Positions 9,870 through 19,503 are shown, counted from the stretch's first letter. The stretch: DNA of 64,000 nt from Candidatus Thorarchaeota archaeon (GCA_046758445.1 JBHIAE010000001.1:64001-128000), one strand, 5' to 3'. Translations and numbers: made by a program. The notes: generated by a model from the letters alone, not told the origin.

Positions 9870-10448
9870 ATGCAAGATCCGTTTGGTGACTTCATGGCAT
9901 GGTTCAACGTAGTCTTCGCCATTTTCAAGACGCCACCATTCTCCGCCCTCTTCATAATGGCAATCTCAATGAGCATCACAACAATCAGTAACCTTGCGAT
10001 GAGGCGGTTCTCTGATATGCGACGCCTGAACAGATACCAGGCTGAGATCAAGCAGCATCAGGAGATGCAGAAAGAGGCCGAGAAGACACAGAATGAGAAG
10101 TTGGCAAGGAAGGTGAAACGGAGAAAGGCCTATATCGAGCGGATTCAGCGGGAGATGATGACCCAGCGTTGCAAGCCCTCCTTGATGTTCTTCATTCCAT
10201 TCATCATACTGTTTGCAGTCTTGCGGGCTTTCTACTTCATCATAGATGATCCCATCACGGGTGCAGGTCACGACCAAGTTGTCGCGGTTATTCCTTTCAG
10301 TGTGCACAAGCTTCTACCCTTCCTTGTCGGCTGGCTTGGCGTTCCCACACCATATGGATTCGGCATGACATTCTTTGGATTCTATATGCTAGTTGGACTC
10401 GGCCTTGGTCAGATACTCCAGCGAGTAATGGGAGTTTCACTTACCTAG
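9870..10448 (+). CDS. DUF106 / EMC3-TMCO1 (Oxa1 superfamily) membrane protein
   Basis: TM, coiled coil, KP motif, further TMs; conserved position after adk. Confidence 0.85.
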   Translation: MQDPFGDFMAWFNVVFAIFKTPPFSALFIMAISMSITTISNLAMRRFSDMRRLNRYQAEIKQHQEMQKEAEKTQNEKLARKVKRRKAYIERIQREMMTQRCKPSLMFFIPFIILFAVLRAFYFIIDDPITGAGHDQVVAVIPFSVHKLLPFLVGWLGVPTPYGFGMTFFGFYMLVGLGLGQILQRVMGVSLT

Positions 10449-10540
10449 CGGCTGTTCAGAGATGCAATGTACCGGTTTCCTTAAATGTGAAGACCGAGGG
10501 CTCAAAGGAAAAGCCCCTGAGTATAAATTGGGTGAGTGTA

Positions 10541-10810
10541 ATGCCACGTCCAGGTCTACTTACCAAAGGAAGAGCAGGTCGTACAATAAGGACTCCTGGA
10601 GGAAGACATGCTTTCCATCGCCAGAAGTCCTACAAAGCCGCAGGCACCTGCGCATTGACCAGCAAGAAGATGCAACTCCCACGAGGGGCTAAACAGCGAC
10701 GAACTGGAAAATCAAGTCGCTCCTCCAAGAGACCCAACCGCCCATATGGTGGCTTCGCCACTTCAAGGGCTGTAAGAAGGGGAATAATACGCAAAGCACG
10801 AGAACAGTAA
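10541..10810 (+). CDS. rpl34e: Ribosomal protein eL34 (Cys-poor variant)
   Basis: MPRP, RTPGG, SSKRPNRPYGG; between DUF106 and cmk. Confidence 0.88.
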   Translation: MPRPGLLTKGRAGRTIRTPGGRHAFHRQKSYKAAGTCALTSKKMQLPRGAKQRRTGKSSRSSKRPNRPYGGFATSRAVRRGIIRKAREQ

Positions 10811-10811
10811 G

Positions 10812-11357
10812 ATGAAGCGCGTTGTGACGATCGGCGGGCTCCATGGGACAGGAAAGAGTTCCGTGGCAGACAAGATTTCAAAGAAATTCAATCTGAGAAG
10901 AGTTTCGGCGGGAATCATCTTTCGTAGGCTGGCTGATGAAAGAGGACTCACACTTGAGGAGTTCAGTAGAATAGCCGAACAAGACGAGGAAATTGACCTT
11001 CTTCTGGATGATACGCTCAAGACTGAGGCTGAAAAGGGCAATGTCGTAATCGATGGACAGCTTGCTGCATGGATGGCTGGCGAGCATGCGGACTTCAAGA
11101 TCCTTCTGACAGCTCCTCTTGACGTTCGAATAAAGAGAATCTCAGAGCGAGATGGTACGGAATACGAGTATGCCAAACGTGAAACGATTGCACGCGAAGG
11201 CAGTGAGAGTGCAAGATACAAGGAGTTCTACGGAGTGGACATCTCCGACCAGTCAATCTATGACCTTGTTCTGCGCACGGATAGGTACGACCTTGATGGA
11301 GTAATCACCATTCTTACAACAGCAATCCGGACATTCTTTGAGCAGAATGATAAGTAG
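10812..11357 (+). CDS. cmk: Cytidylate kinase
   Basis: GGLHGTGKSS, SAGIIFR, DGQLAAW, RYKEFYGVDI. Confidence 0.95.
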   Translation: MKRVVTIGGLHGTGKSSVADKISKKFNLRRVSAGIIFRRLADERGLTLEEFSRIAEQDEEIDLLLDDTLKTEAEKGNVVIDGQLAAWMAGEHADFKILLTAPLDVRIKRISERDGTEYEYAKRETIAREGSESARYKEFYGVDISDQSIYDLVLRTDRYDLDGVITILTTAIRTFFEQNDK

Positions 11358-11479
11358 TCTGAAGCGTAAGGCTGATATGGCAATCCGAGGTCCAGAGTCT
11401 GTTCTCCCTGTCCAAAGGGATGAGTCTGTGAGGCGACTTGCGGTTTCAGCTAGACCGAGGACCGGCGAGGTGTGTTGAA

Positions 11480-11761
11480 ATGACTTTGTACAAAGTTGGA
11501 CGTGTTTGTGTCAAGACAGTGGGTCGGGAAACCGGAAGCTACTGCGTGATAGTAGATGAAATGGAGGGTAGATTCGTGGTGGTGACCGGGCCTAAGCACA
11601 TTAGCAATGTGCGTAGACGTAAGTGTAACACTCGTCATCTTGAGCCTCTTGAGATAGAGCTGCCGATAGAGAAAGGAGCAGAAGACAGTGCAGTGGAGAG
11701 GGCACTTTCAGAGGCGGGACTGACGGAGAGATTCAGGGAGAAGATTAGGCTGCCACAGTAG
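11480..11761 (+). CDS. rpl14e: Ribosomal protein eL14
   Basis: VGRVCVKTVGRE.G..CVIVD, VTGPK, VRRRKCN..HLEP. Confidence 0.95.
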   Translation: MTLYKVGRVCVKTVGRETGSYCVIVDEMEGRFVVVTGPKHISNVRRRKCNTRHLEPLEIELPIEKGAEDSAVERALSEAGLTERFREKIRLPQ

Positions 11762-11801
11762 TTGAGGGTCATAGTGTGGGCGTCGTTGGGGGGGAGAAGC
11801 G

Positions 11802-12812
11802 TTGAAGGGCCTTCTGCCAGCAGACGAACCGCGAGAAACTATCCTCAAGTCCAGTGAGACGTCTAATCAAGACTACGGATTCTCATCACTGGATAGTCTT
11901 CCAATCGAATACTTGCTTGAGAACAGTGTGATTACCATAGACAAGCCTTCTGGGCCAACGAGTCACGAGGTAGCTACATGGGTTCGCAGAATCTTGCATG
12001 CTGAACGTGTCGGACACGGTGGAACTCTCGACCCGGCAGTAACTGGAATACTGCCCACTGGAGTTGGCAATGCTACCAAGGCGATGCAGGCATTATTGCC
12101 TGCAGGGAAGGAGTACGTCTGTGTGATGGAACTCCACCGCTTAGTGGATCATGAAGAAATCCGTAGAGTCATCAACGAGTTCGTTGGCAAGATCTATCAG
12201 AAGCCTCCCCTGAGATCATCTGTCAGAAGGGTCCTCCGGGTGAGGGAGGTCTACTACAACGAGATAATCGAAACTAAGGGTCGTCTTGTTCTGTTCAGAG
12301 TGGGATGCCAAGCTGGAACGTACATTCGTAAGCTCTGCTTCGACATTGGAGAGGCCCTGGGCTCGGGGGCCAATATGAGAGAACTCCGCCGAACTCGTGT
12401 TGGACCGTTTCGAGAGGATGAGCATCTTTGCTCGCTCTATGACCTCAAAGATGCCTACAGTTTCTGGAAAGAAGAGGGCGACGAACATGAGCTTCGGAAG
12501 TACCTCCTGCCACTTGAGTTCTGTTTCAGCCATCTTCCTTCAATAGAAGTTCGTGATAGTGCAGTAGATGCAATCTGCCACGGTGCGAATCTCGCGGCCA
12601 ATGGAATTGTTAGTCTGAGCAGTGGTCTGAGAAAGGGCGACATTGTGGTTCTGAAGACCTTGAAAGGCGAGGCAATTGCCATTGCAAAGAGTTCTGCTAC
12701 ATCAGATTCAATGGCCAAAGCGAAGAGTGGCATCGTTGCGACAATTGACCGAGTGTTGATGGAGAGAGGGCGTTATCCTTCGATGTGGAAGAAGCGAGCT
12801 GCCGAGAAGTAG
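11802..12812 (+). CDS. cbf5: H/ACA pseudouridine synthase Cbf5 (uninterrupted)
   Basis: DKPSGPTSHEV, GHGGTLDP, GTYIRKLC, ELRRTR, C-terminal PUA domain. Confidence 0.97.
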   Translation: MKGLLPADEPRETILKSSETSNQDYGFSSLDSLPIEYLLENSVITIDKPSGPTSHEVATWVRRILHAERVGHGGTLDPAVTGILPTGVGNATKAMQALLPAGKEYVCVMELHRLVDHEEIRRVINEFVGKIYQKPPLRSSVRRVLRVREVYYNEIIETKGRLVLFRVGCQAGTYIRKLCFDIGEALGSGANMRELRRTRVGPFREDEHLCSLYDLKDAYSFWKEEGDEHELRKYLLPLEFCFSHLPSIEVRDSAVDAICHGANLAANGIVSLSSGLRKGDIVVLKTLKGEAIAIAKSSATSDSMAKAKSGIVATIDRVLMERGRYPSMWKKRAAEK

Positions 12813-12863
12813 TAACACATCAGAAGCTGACCATCTTTTTATGCAGACGTTCAGATGATTGAT

Positions 12864-13214
12864 TGGCCTTGGAGCAGAAGCGCAACTGACGGTACTCGTC
12901 CCTCGGGATGAGAGCTGAGGAAGCTCCCGACTCCTATCGACACCAGTCCTGCGCGAGCAGGGAGGCGAGAGCCTTGCTCTGGGAACAGAAACGACACCCC
13001 CGAGCCGGAGATGACAATGATGCAGCATCTGAAGCTGCTGAGGATTGGTTCGGACCGGTTGAAACGGCCCAACACTGGGGAGCAATCTCAAGAATACATC
13101 TGTGAGTGTCGATGTGAGATGTAGGGTAGAGAGCACAGTTTGATGTTGCAAGATCCCGTTTTGGCAACAAAGCGGAATGGAACAGAATCGGGGCTACTCT
13201 CTGCACCAAGGCCA
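12864..13214 (+). ncRNA. rnpB: RNase P RNA
   Basis: P1 helix TGGCCTTGG/CCAAGGCCA; CR-I GAGGAAGCTCCCGA pairs with CR-V AACAGAATCGGGGCTA (P4 with bulged U); internal ACAGAAAC, TGAAAC and GGAGCAA conserved motifs. Confidence 0.92.
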
Positions 13215-13223
13215 TTCATTCGC

Positions 13224-13772
13224 CTATTGATCTGGTTTCTCGTGCTCTCTCATTATCTCCTTTTGGATCTCGACAACCTCGCTACTGGTGCCACATGCTG
13301 AGTACGCTTCTAGCCACTCCTTGTTTAACGCGATGAAGGAGGGTCCCCACTTGAAGACGGATATGACGTCATCTGCACTTTCTCTCAAACCCAGGATGTA
13401 GAGCGCTGCTGCAACCGCTTCAGCAGTGGAGAGTTTGATTGGCTTGTATGTGTTGATGGGGTTTGCAGCCAGCAAATATGGTAGTGCTCTCTGGTTTCCA
13501 GTCTTGGATCTCATGAAAAGACCCTCAGCTTGCTTCCATGAGCAATCAAGAGCCACGAGACCAGAGCCGAGGGCGGAGTTTCTATCAGCTACAGAAAGGG
13601 CGGTTTCAGCCGCCGGGTTCAGCACAACAGAACCGGATGGAATGCGCTGTAGAGTACGGATGACGTTCGCCTTCTTCATCCTCTCAAGGCGAGTTCCCGT
13701 ACACTTCTTGGGATCACACTGTCCAGCATGGTAGATCATGATACGCGGAAGGTTTCTAGGGTTGTCGGTCAC
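13224..13772 (-). CDS. tsr3: rRNA aminocarboxypropyltransferase Tsr3
   Basis: QCDPKKCTG, ALDCSW, RALPYLLAANP, KLSTAEA, FKWG; start uncertain. Confidence 0.95.
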   Translation of the reverse strand: MTDNPRNLPRIMIYHAGQCDPKKCTGTRLERMKKANVIRTLQRIPSGSVVLNPAAETALSVADRNSALGSGLVALDCSWKQAEGLFMRSKTGNQRALPYLLAANPINTYKPIKLSTAEAVAAALYILGLRESADDVISVFKWGPSFIALNKEWLEAYSACGTSSEVVEIQKEIMREHEKPDQ

Positions 13773-13836
13773 GATTAGTAGTACCATACACAACAGATTT
13801 CAGGCTTCCCATGAAGCACGTCATCAGTGGAACGAT

Positions 13837-14112
13837 TTGATTCGGTTTTCTCCTGGCGATCTGTGCGAGTTGTGTGGCTCTCACAACCTCAGCCCAAACC
13901 TATGTAATATGTGCGGGGCGGTAGTCTGCTCCGACTGCAGCACAAAAGACAATTACATCTGCCTTGCCTGTTTCGAGGCGCGGTGCTCCATCTGCGGGGA
14001 GTATCTATCATCGCGTGCTTGCAACCGATGTGGGAGATTAGTCTGCGAGGATCACGGAGTCAAAGAGGGAGAAGCGACTATCTGCAATGTTTGTCAGGCG
14101 GAGTTGGAATGA
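13837..14112 (+). CDS. Small Cys-rich double zinc-finger protein
   Basis: Two repeats of CxxC-CxxC-Cxx(C/H)-CxxC; ATGA overlap with tiaS; start uncertain. Confidence 0.75.
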   Translation: MIRFSPGDLCELCGSHNLSPNLCNMCGAVVCSDCSTKDNYICLACFEARCSICGEYLSSRACNRCGRLVCEDHGVKEGEATICNVCQAELE

Positions 14113-15443
14113 CAGTCACTTCGATTCACATTGGAATGGACGACATCGATAGTCCAAGAGGTGGTTGTACAACCCACTTCGCGAGCCTGATTGTTCAGAA
14201 ACTCTCATCCCTTGGAGCTGACTGGCAGGACTATCCGAACTTGATTAGGCTCAATCCTAACATACCATTCAGAACGCGTGGCAATGGCGCAGTAGCAATC
14301 AGGTTTGAAATCGACGGAGGAGAAGTCGAGAACGTACTATCAATTCTTGAGAGAATGATTCAAGATTACGTGGAGATGGACTATTCAAACACCAATCCGG
14401 GAGTTGTGTTGGTTCAGGGGAAAGTCCCTCAGGATGTCGACATCTTCTCACAGCGAGCAATGTGGAGGACTATTCCGATTGACGTAGGGGAAAGAGTTGT
14501 TGAGAGAAATGACATTCAACATATCAAGTGGGGGAACGGAAGAGGTCTAGTAGGCGCTTTGTCGGCTGTAGGGAATCCATTGGATGATGACCACACATAC
14601 GAATTCATCGCTTATCGCTCAGTCGATTCGATTTCCCAGCCAAGGGGGGTTCACAAGGAGTCAGTCATTGAGATGGACAAGCAGATGAGTGATAGTCTGT
14701 TCTCAAACGTGGATGAGAGAACGGGGCGGGTTCTCATCGTCCCACATGGTCCAGATCCAGTGCTCTATGGAATTAGGGGTGAGCAACCTGAGAGTGTGAA
14801 GAGGGCATCGTCCAAGGTCGAGAGCGATCAGAAAGTCGACAGATGGATGATATTCAGAACAAACCAGGGCACTGGAGCACACCTTAGGAATTGTGTCTAT
14901 GTGAATGACTTGAGAGCATACATGGCAGTAGTCGTGCACGGCATAGTTGACAAGAAGCCCAGAATATTCGAGGGGGGACATGTCTTATTCGGTATAGGTG
15001 ACTGTTCAGGTAGGGCGGACTGTGCCGCGTACGAGCCATCTGGAGAATTCAGAGAGGTAGTAGGAAGCCTTGTCGAAGGCGATCAGGTCATGGTTCAAGC
15101 TGGAGTCCGTCCTGCATCGAGAACACATGGACTGACCCTGAATGTGGAGGGCCTTGATGTGTTGAAACTTGCAGAAACTTTCAATGTGATTAACCCCCTT
15201 TGTCCACATTGTCTAAAGCGAATGAAGAGTGCTGGAAAGGACAAAGGATACAAGTGCTTCAATTGTGGGTTCAAAGACCCGAAGGCTAAGAGAACCGAAA
15301 CGCCTGTGAAACGCAAACTCAGAGAAACAGTCTATCTTCCTCCGCCGAGAGCACAGAGACACCTGACGCGTCCCTTGGTAAGGATGAATCGGAGAAACCA
15401 AGGTGTCCCAGACCGACTAATCGCTGAATGGCATAGACCCTAA
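14109..15443 (+). CDS. tiaS: tRNA(Ile2) agmatinylcytidine synthetase
   Basis: IGMDDIDS..GGCTT, LIRLNPNIPFRTRGNGA, PHGPDPVLYGIRG, zinc ribbon, RHLTRP. Confidence 0.96.
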   Translation: MTVTSIHIGMDDIDSPRGGCTTHFASLIVQKLSSLGADWQDYPNLIRLNPNIPFRTRGNGAVAIRFEIDGGEVENVLSILERMIQDYVEMDYSNTNPGVVLVQGKVPQDVDIFSQRAMWRTIPIDVGERVVERNDIQHIKWGNGRGLVGALSAVGNPLDDDHTYEFIAYRSVDSISQPRGVHKESVIEMDKQMSDSLFSNVDERTGRVLIVPHGPDPVLYGIRGEQPESVKRASSKVESDQKVDRWMIFRTNQGTGAHLRNCVYVNDLRAYMAVVVHGIVDKKPRIFEGGHVLFGIGDCSGRADCAAYEPSGEFREVVGSLVEGDQVMVQAGVRPASRTHGLTLNVEGLDVLKLAETFNVINPLCPHCLKRMKSAGKDKGYKCFNCGFKDPKAKRTETPVKRKLRETVYLPPPRAQRHLTRPLVRMNRRNQGVPDRLIAEWHRP

Positions 15444-15474
15444 TCTATGACAGTCATTATGCAGTCGGATAGTC

Positions 15475-15876
15475 CTATACTCGTCGGCCTCGACGTCCGC
15501 CAGGCTTCCTTGTTCCGTCGTGCGGAATTGGTGTGACCTCGTCGATGATTCCAATCCTTAGGCCAGCTCTGCTAAGGGCACGAATCGCTGCCTGCGCACC
15601 GGGCCCTGGAGTCTTTGGACCACTGCCACCAGGAGCACGCACACGTATGTGAATACCATAGATGCCTTTGTCCTTGGCTTCTCTCGCTGCCTGAAACGCT
15701 GCCTGCATTGCCGCATGAGGTGACGATTCGTTGCGATCGGCCTTCACCATCATGCCACCGCTGTACCGTGCAATTGTTTCCGCACCTGTGATGTCGGTGA
15801 CATGAATGATGGTGTCGTTATATGACGCAAAGATGTGTGCAATTCCCCACTTTGTGCGCTCTTCGCTCCTACTCAT
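15475..15876 (-). CDS. rps11: Ribosomal protein uS11
   Basis: [41 protein letters not shown]. Confidence 0.98.
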   Translation of the reverse strand: MSRSEERTKWGIAHIFASYNDTIIHVTDITGAETIARYSGGMMVKADRNESSPHAAMQAAFQAAREAKDKGIYGIHIRVRAPGGSGPKTPGPGAQAAIRALSRAGLRIGIIDEVTPIPHDGTRKPGGRRGRRV

Positions 15877-15887
15877 TGCTCGACACC

Positions 15888-16520
15888 TTACCTCCGGTTA
15901 TTCCTGTTAGTTGAATCAATTTGCTCGCCTTCATTAGACGCAGGGACGTCATCCACGCCCTCAATGGCCGCGACAGCCTTAGCAGCAATCCGCTGTGCAG
16001 CTGCAGACGCTGCAATTCTCGCGGGGTGTGAGTCATCATTGAGGGGAGATTTAGCAACGTAACTCATTCTCGCCTCTTCGTCGAGAGTAATCAGCCTAGA
16101 AGGTGTACTCAGCTTTGCCCCATCGAGGGCGATATGACCATGCGTGACAAGCTGCCGGGCATGATAGGCCGAGCTTGCCATGCCCTTCCTGAAGACTATA
16201 GTCTGTAATCTGCGTTCCAAGAGATTCTCCAGAGTAAGATCAAGAACGCTATCCAAGGTGGGCTCTCCAGTGAGGATTCCCAGCCGTACAAGCTTGTCTA
16301 CGAGTTCTCGCTCGAACGTGGCCCTCTCTGCCGCTGTCAGTGCTAGCAAGTTTCTGGCTTGTCTTCTGTATCGGGAGAGCTCTGTTCTGTGCCTCCACAG
16401 CTCTCTCTTGTTGCGAAGACCATATGACCCTATCAACTGGAGTTCACTCTCGAATCTTTCGCTGTCATAGGGACGCTTCGGCGTCACGTACTTCTTCTTC
16501 TGTCGACGAGGGTCACCCAT
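15888..16520 (-). CDS. rps4: Ribosomal protein uS4
   Basis: [32 protein letters not shown]. Confidence 0.97.
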   Translation of the reverse strand: MGDPRRQKKKYVTPKRPYDSERFESELQLIGSYGLRNKRELWRHRTELSRYRRQARNLLALTAAERATFERELVDKLVRLGILTGEPTLDSVLDLTLENLLERRLQTIVFRKGMASSAYHARQLVTHGHIALDGAKLSTPSRLITLDEEARMSYVAKSPLNDDSHPARIAASAAAQRIAAKAVAAIEGVDDVPASNEGEQIDSTNRNNRR

Positions 16521-16540
16521 TCTCTCATAACCTCACAGTG

Positions 16541-16993
16541 CTACTTCACTCTCTTTCTGGACACGCCAACAGCTACACCGCCACGGCCAGTCGTTCTCGT
16601 ATGTTGTCCTCTGACTTTCAATCCTAAGGAGTGTCTTACTCCTCTCCATGACCTGATACGCTTCAATCGGTCGATGTCGCTCCTGTGAGCAAACTCCAAG
16701 TCAGAACCAGTCAGATGGAGCATCCTTCCGCTTGTGCGATCTCGCGGTCTGTTTACATACCAGTCGGGCATCCCAGCAGATACAGGGTCCTTCAATATCT
16801 TCTCAATCTTGGCTATCTGAGTATCCGTCAAGTAACCCAGTCTATCTTTTGGATCAAAGCTTAGCTGGGTCAATATTGCCTTCGATAGCCTGAGACCTAT
16901 ACCCCGTACCCGGGTGAGACCCTGGAGTAGATTCTCCTGGCCATCGATGTCATGGCCTGCGATACGTACGATATGTCGATAATCCTCGGACAT
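16541..16993 (-). CDS. rps13: Ribosomal protein uS13
   Basis: HIVRIAG.DIDG, GIG.R, RGVRHSLGLKVRGQHTRTTGR. Confidence 0.98.
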   Translation of the reverse strand: MSEDYRHIVRIAGHDIDGQENLLQGLTRVRGIGLRLSKAILTQLSFDPKDRLGYLTDTQIAKIEKILKDPVSAGMPDWYVNRPRDRTSGRMLHLTGSDLEFAHRSDIDRLKRIRSWRGVRHSLGLKVRGQHTRTTGRGGVAVGVSRKRVK

Positions 16994-17191
16994 GGTCTAC
17001 AACCTCATCCTGACTGATCTGAGGCTTGTTCGCCTCTTGAAGACGCCTTATAATAGTTATCATCCAGCCCGACGCTTTCTTCGATTTCTCCCTATGTTGT
17101 CGGAGAAGCTAGGGGCACCTTTCGCTAGAGCATTCAACAGAGTTGGAAGGGTTAATCTGCGAATGCGTCTGTGCCATTCAGGGGTATCTCC

Positions 17192-17458
17192 ATGAGTGAT
17201 CTATCACGAGGGCAGGTCCACATCATGAAAGGAGACAATGTCATCCATATAGCCAGCAAGTGGAGAAGACGTGGTGAGGACGGAATACACACCACTTTTT
17301 GTGGCCTAGTAGTATCTAAAAGTGCCGAATAATCAAGGACTGCACATGTAGGGTGCCGAGTCATCAAGGCAAAGCAGACTACCTGCAGCAAATGTCGTGA
17401 GCATTTCTATAGGGCAAGCATAGACCGGGCCACACGCAAACTGGGTGGACATGCATAG
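17192..17458 (+). pseudogene. Small putative zinc-binding protein interrupted by an in-frame TAA (17330-17332)
   Basis: MSDL...HIA...TFCG...SAE*SRT...TTCSKCREH...; frame continues 41 codons past the stop and completes an H/C..CxxC motif. Confidence 0.45.
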
Positions 17459-17484
17459 TCCATAGAAATCGGCAGTAAAGCAGC

Positions 17485-18114
17485 CTATAGAGAAGTTGGA
17501 GCCTGGGATGAGATTGTTCCGCCCGGTCCTATCTGCCGCTTAGTCATCATGGTTCGCACTTCGAAGGCCAGGACCGACAATACTAGTGCTGATAGCCCGA
17601 TTGTCACAGATAGAGGCATGGGACCATAGATTGGGTAGTTGACTACATAGGTACCCACTGAGAGCATAACAGAACCGAGACAGGCTAGTCCTAGAAGGAA
17701 GCCTACTCCTTCTTCCTTCTCAGAACTAAGCCCAAGCCTTTCCAGTAACGAGCGGGTCCAGCTCGGCGGCACAACGATGTATGCAATTCCTAGTGCCATC
17801 CAGAGGCCCCAGATGCCACCTCTGAGGAATAGAACGTAGACTATTGCTTCCAATAGAGAGAGGGGTGTGATTACCGTTATGGCTCTATAGGAAATATATG
17901 GGATGGGGAATAGCCTGAATCCACCATATGGACAATCGAGCCAGTAATTGGACCCCTCACTGACAAACCTTGATACGTCGACCAAAACGGGCAGATACAA
18001 TAGCAAGAGCCCGACCGTCGCACGTTTTATCAGAGTCACTCTATATCTGGCTATCGTATTTCGAAGGCTCTGAGAGGACCGAGTTTCGCCCTGCTCGATC
18101 ACGCTTTCTGTCAA
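17485..18114 (-). CDS. Hypothetical membrane protein
   Basis: 209-aa ORF with several hydrophobic segments. Confidence 0.6.
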   Translation of the reverse strand: MTESVIEQGETRSSQSLRNTIARYRVTLIKRATVGLLLLYLPVLVDVSRFVSEGSNYWLDCPYGGFRLFPIPYISYRAITVITPLSLLEAIVYVLFLRGGIWGLWMALGIAYIVVPPSWTRSLLERLGLSSEKEEGVGFLLGLACLGSVMLSVGTYVVNYPIYGPMPLSVTIGLSALVLSVLAFEVRTMMTKRQIGPGGTISSQAPTSL

Positions 18115-18315
18115 TACTGCCCCCTACATTGCAATAGCCATCTTCTCAGATAAGAGTTGAGAACTGAGAAAGGAATCCAAACGATAACCATCTCATCTGC
18201 GCCACGACTCAAGAGCCTTACAGCTGTGAATGACCTGGGTTCTGAAGCCAATATTCTTGTCGTACTATTGTTTCAGGGAAAAAGTGAAAAGCACGACAAT
18301 ACAGTGACTGTCCAA

Positions 18316-18485
18316 GCCCGGATAGCCAAGCGGTTCGCTCATGACATTCCGTCACGAACCTGCAGACGGCGGCAGCCTGGAGCAGGCCAACTGGTCGAAC
18401 AGGCAGCTGCTCTCCTTCTAGGAGGCATGAAGGTCGATCATTCGTGGTCGGTCTGGCTAGAGTTCGAATCTCATTCCGGGCGCCA
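18316..18485 (+). tRNA. tRNA-Ser(GGA) with three introns (about 18336-18365 in the D-loop; 18383-18404 at 37/38; 18430-18460 in the T-stem)
   Basis: Acceptor GCCCGGA/TCCGGGC plus G-CCA; D-stem GCC/GGC; anticodon stem GCAGC/GCTGC with loop CT-GGA-G^A; variable arm CTCCT/AGGAG; T-arm ATG^AG-TTCGAAT-CTCAT; mature length 87 nt after removing 83 nt. Confidence 0.9.
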
Positions 18486-18487
18486 CT

Positions 18488-18703
18488 TCATTCCTTTCTG
18501 CCAATCCTCAAACCGATGAATATCAGGGCAAGAGTAAGTGCTGTCAGTCCAGTCGCCAGCACAGGAGGTAGTGCCCTCTCTGGATAGAGTGGGCCTTCGA
18601 CTGCTGCGGTATTAATAGTCCAAAGGAGAAAGCCTGCAATGAGGAACAAGATGATTGAGTCAATCACTTGACCCATGCTGACCTTCCTGTTTCTCTGGCT
18701 CAT
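18488..18703 (-). CDS. Small two-TM membrane protein
   Basis: 71 aa, two hydrophobic helices, GAGGGTGA RBS-like sequence upstream. Confidence 0.6.
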   Translation of the reverse strand: MSQRNRKVSMGQVIDSIILFLIAGFLLWTINTAAVEGPLYPERALPPVLATGLTALTLALIFIGLRIGRKE

Positions 18704-18886
18704 TTCGAATTGTCACCCTCAATCATTCTTGGCTACCCAGACATAGCAGGGCCTTCGGGGGGACGGGCGGATATAAGGCTGACGCTGGCTATGTCCCCCA
18801 ATGTCCAGTTCGCCCAGAACTCCACATCTCACCAACTTGGTCCTCTCACTTTGAACTTAGGCGGCCTCGTCGCTTTTATAGTGGAT

Positions 18887-19351
18887 TCACATACCCTCGG
18901 GCATTTCTAGGAGCAGAAGTTTGCCAAAGTATCCGTATATCGGAGCAAGGAGAAGCACCCTTGGACCAATATTGAAGAGCCAAAACAATGCACTTGAAAT
19001 CATAGGAATTGAGGGCCCTCCTAACCAGATAAAAGCAGGGTTGGATATTTGATCTTCAATCATGAAGATGCCATAGAGCACAAGCCCTTGAAATCCAAGA
19101 CGGAGTGGATTCTTGGAGAAGGGGGTCTTCCAGAGTGCCCTTGAGATTGAAGAGTTCGCGGCACCAAACACCAATACAATCGGAATATGTGCCACGATTC
19201 CGATGATCACGCGGTCTGGATGAATTGAATAGTTTGGAATGATTGTTGTAAATAGAATGGACCAGAACAAGTATACGAAGGCATACTGGAAAACCACGTA
19301 GGCTAGACCATGATGATAGAAGCGGACCAATCGACTAGGGATTGTATTCAT
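18887..19351 (-). CDS. Hypothetical membrane protein
   Basis: About 4 hydrophobic segments; start uncertain. Confidence 0.6.
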   Translation of the reverse strand: MNTIPSRLVRFYHHGLAYVVFQYAFVYLFWSILFTTIIPNYSIHPDRVIIGIVAHIPIVLVFGAANSSISRALWKTPFSKNPLRLGFQGLVLYGIFMIEDQISNPAFIWLGGPSIPMISSALFWLFNIGPRVLLLAPIYGYFGKLLLLEMPEGM

Positions 19352-19503
19352 CAACAACGTTCCTAGTTTCCAACTGTCAGAAAAATGTCTTTCGACTCTG
19401 CCTGCACGGAGAACAAAGTTCTGTAGGAAGACCTTTAGCTTGTGACCCTGAGGAGATTGTACAGGGTCAATAACTTCTTGGCATTCTAACTGGGATTGCC
19501 ATC

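Noticed and set aside
11358-11479. Possible guide sRNA between cmk and rpl14e
   Set aside because: Some complementarity (GGTCC/GGACC) but no clear C/D or H/ACA box set.
11802-12812. Crenarchaeal-type intron in cbf5
   Set aside because: The ORF is continuous through GPTSHE and GHGGTLDP with no insertion.
12708-13215. Short ORFs between cbf5 and tsr3
   Set aside because: They overlap the RNase P RNA and have no protein motifs.
13911-14108. N-terminal extension of TiaS in the ORF track
   Set aside because: It is the alternative frame of the zinc-finger gene; TiaS homology starts at 14109.
18157-18519. 120-aa ORF on the plus strand
   Set aside because: It overlaps the intron-containing tRNA-Ser and is spurious.
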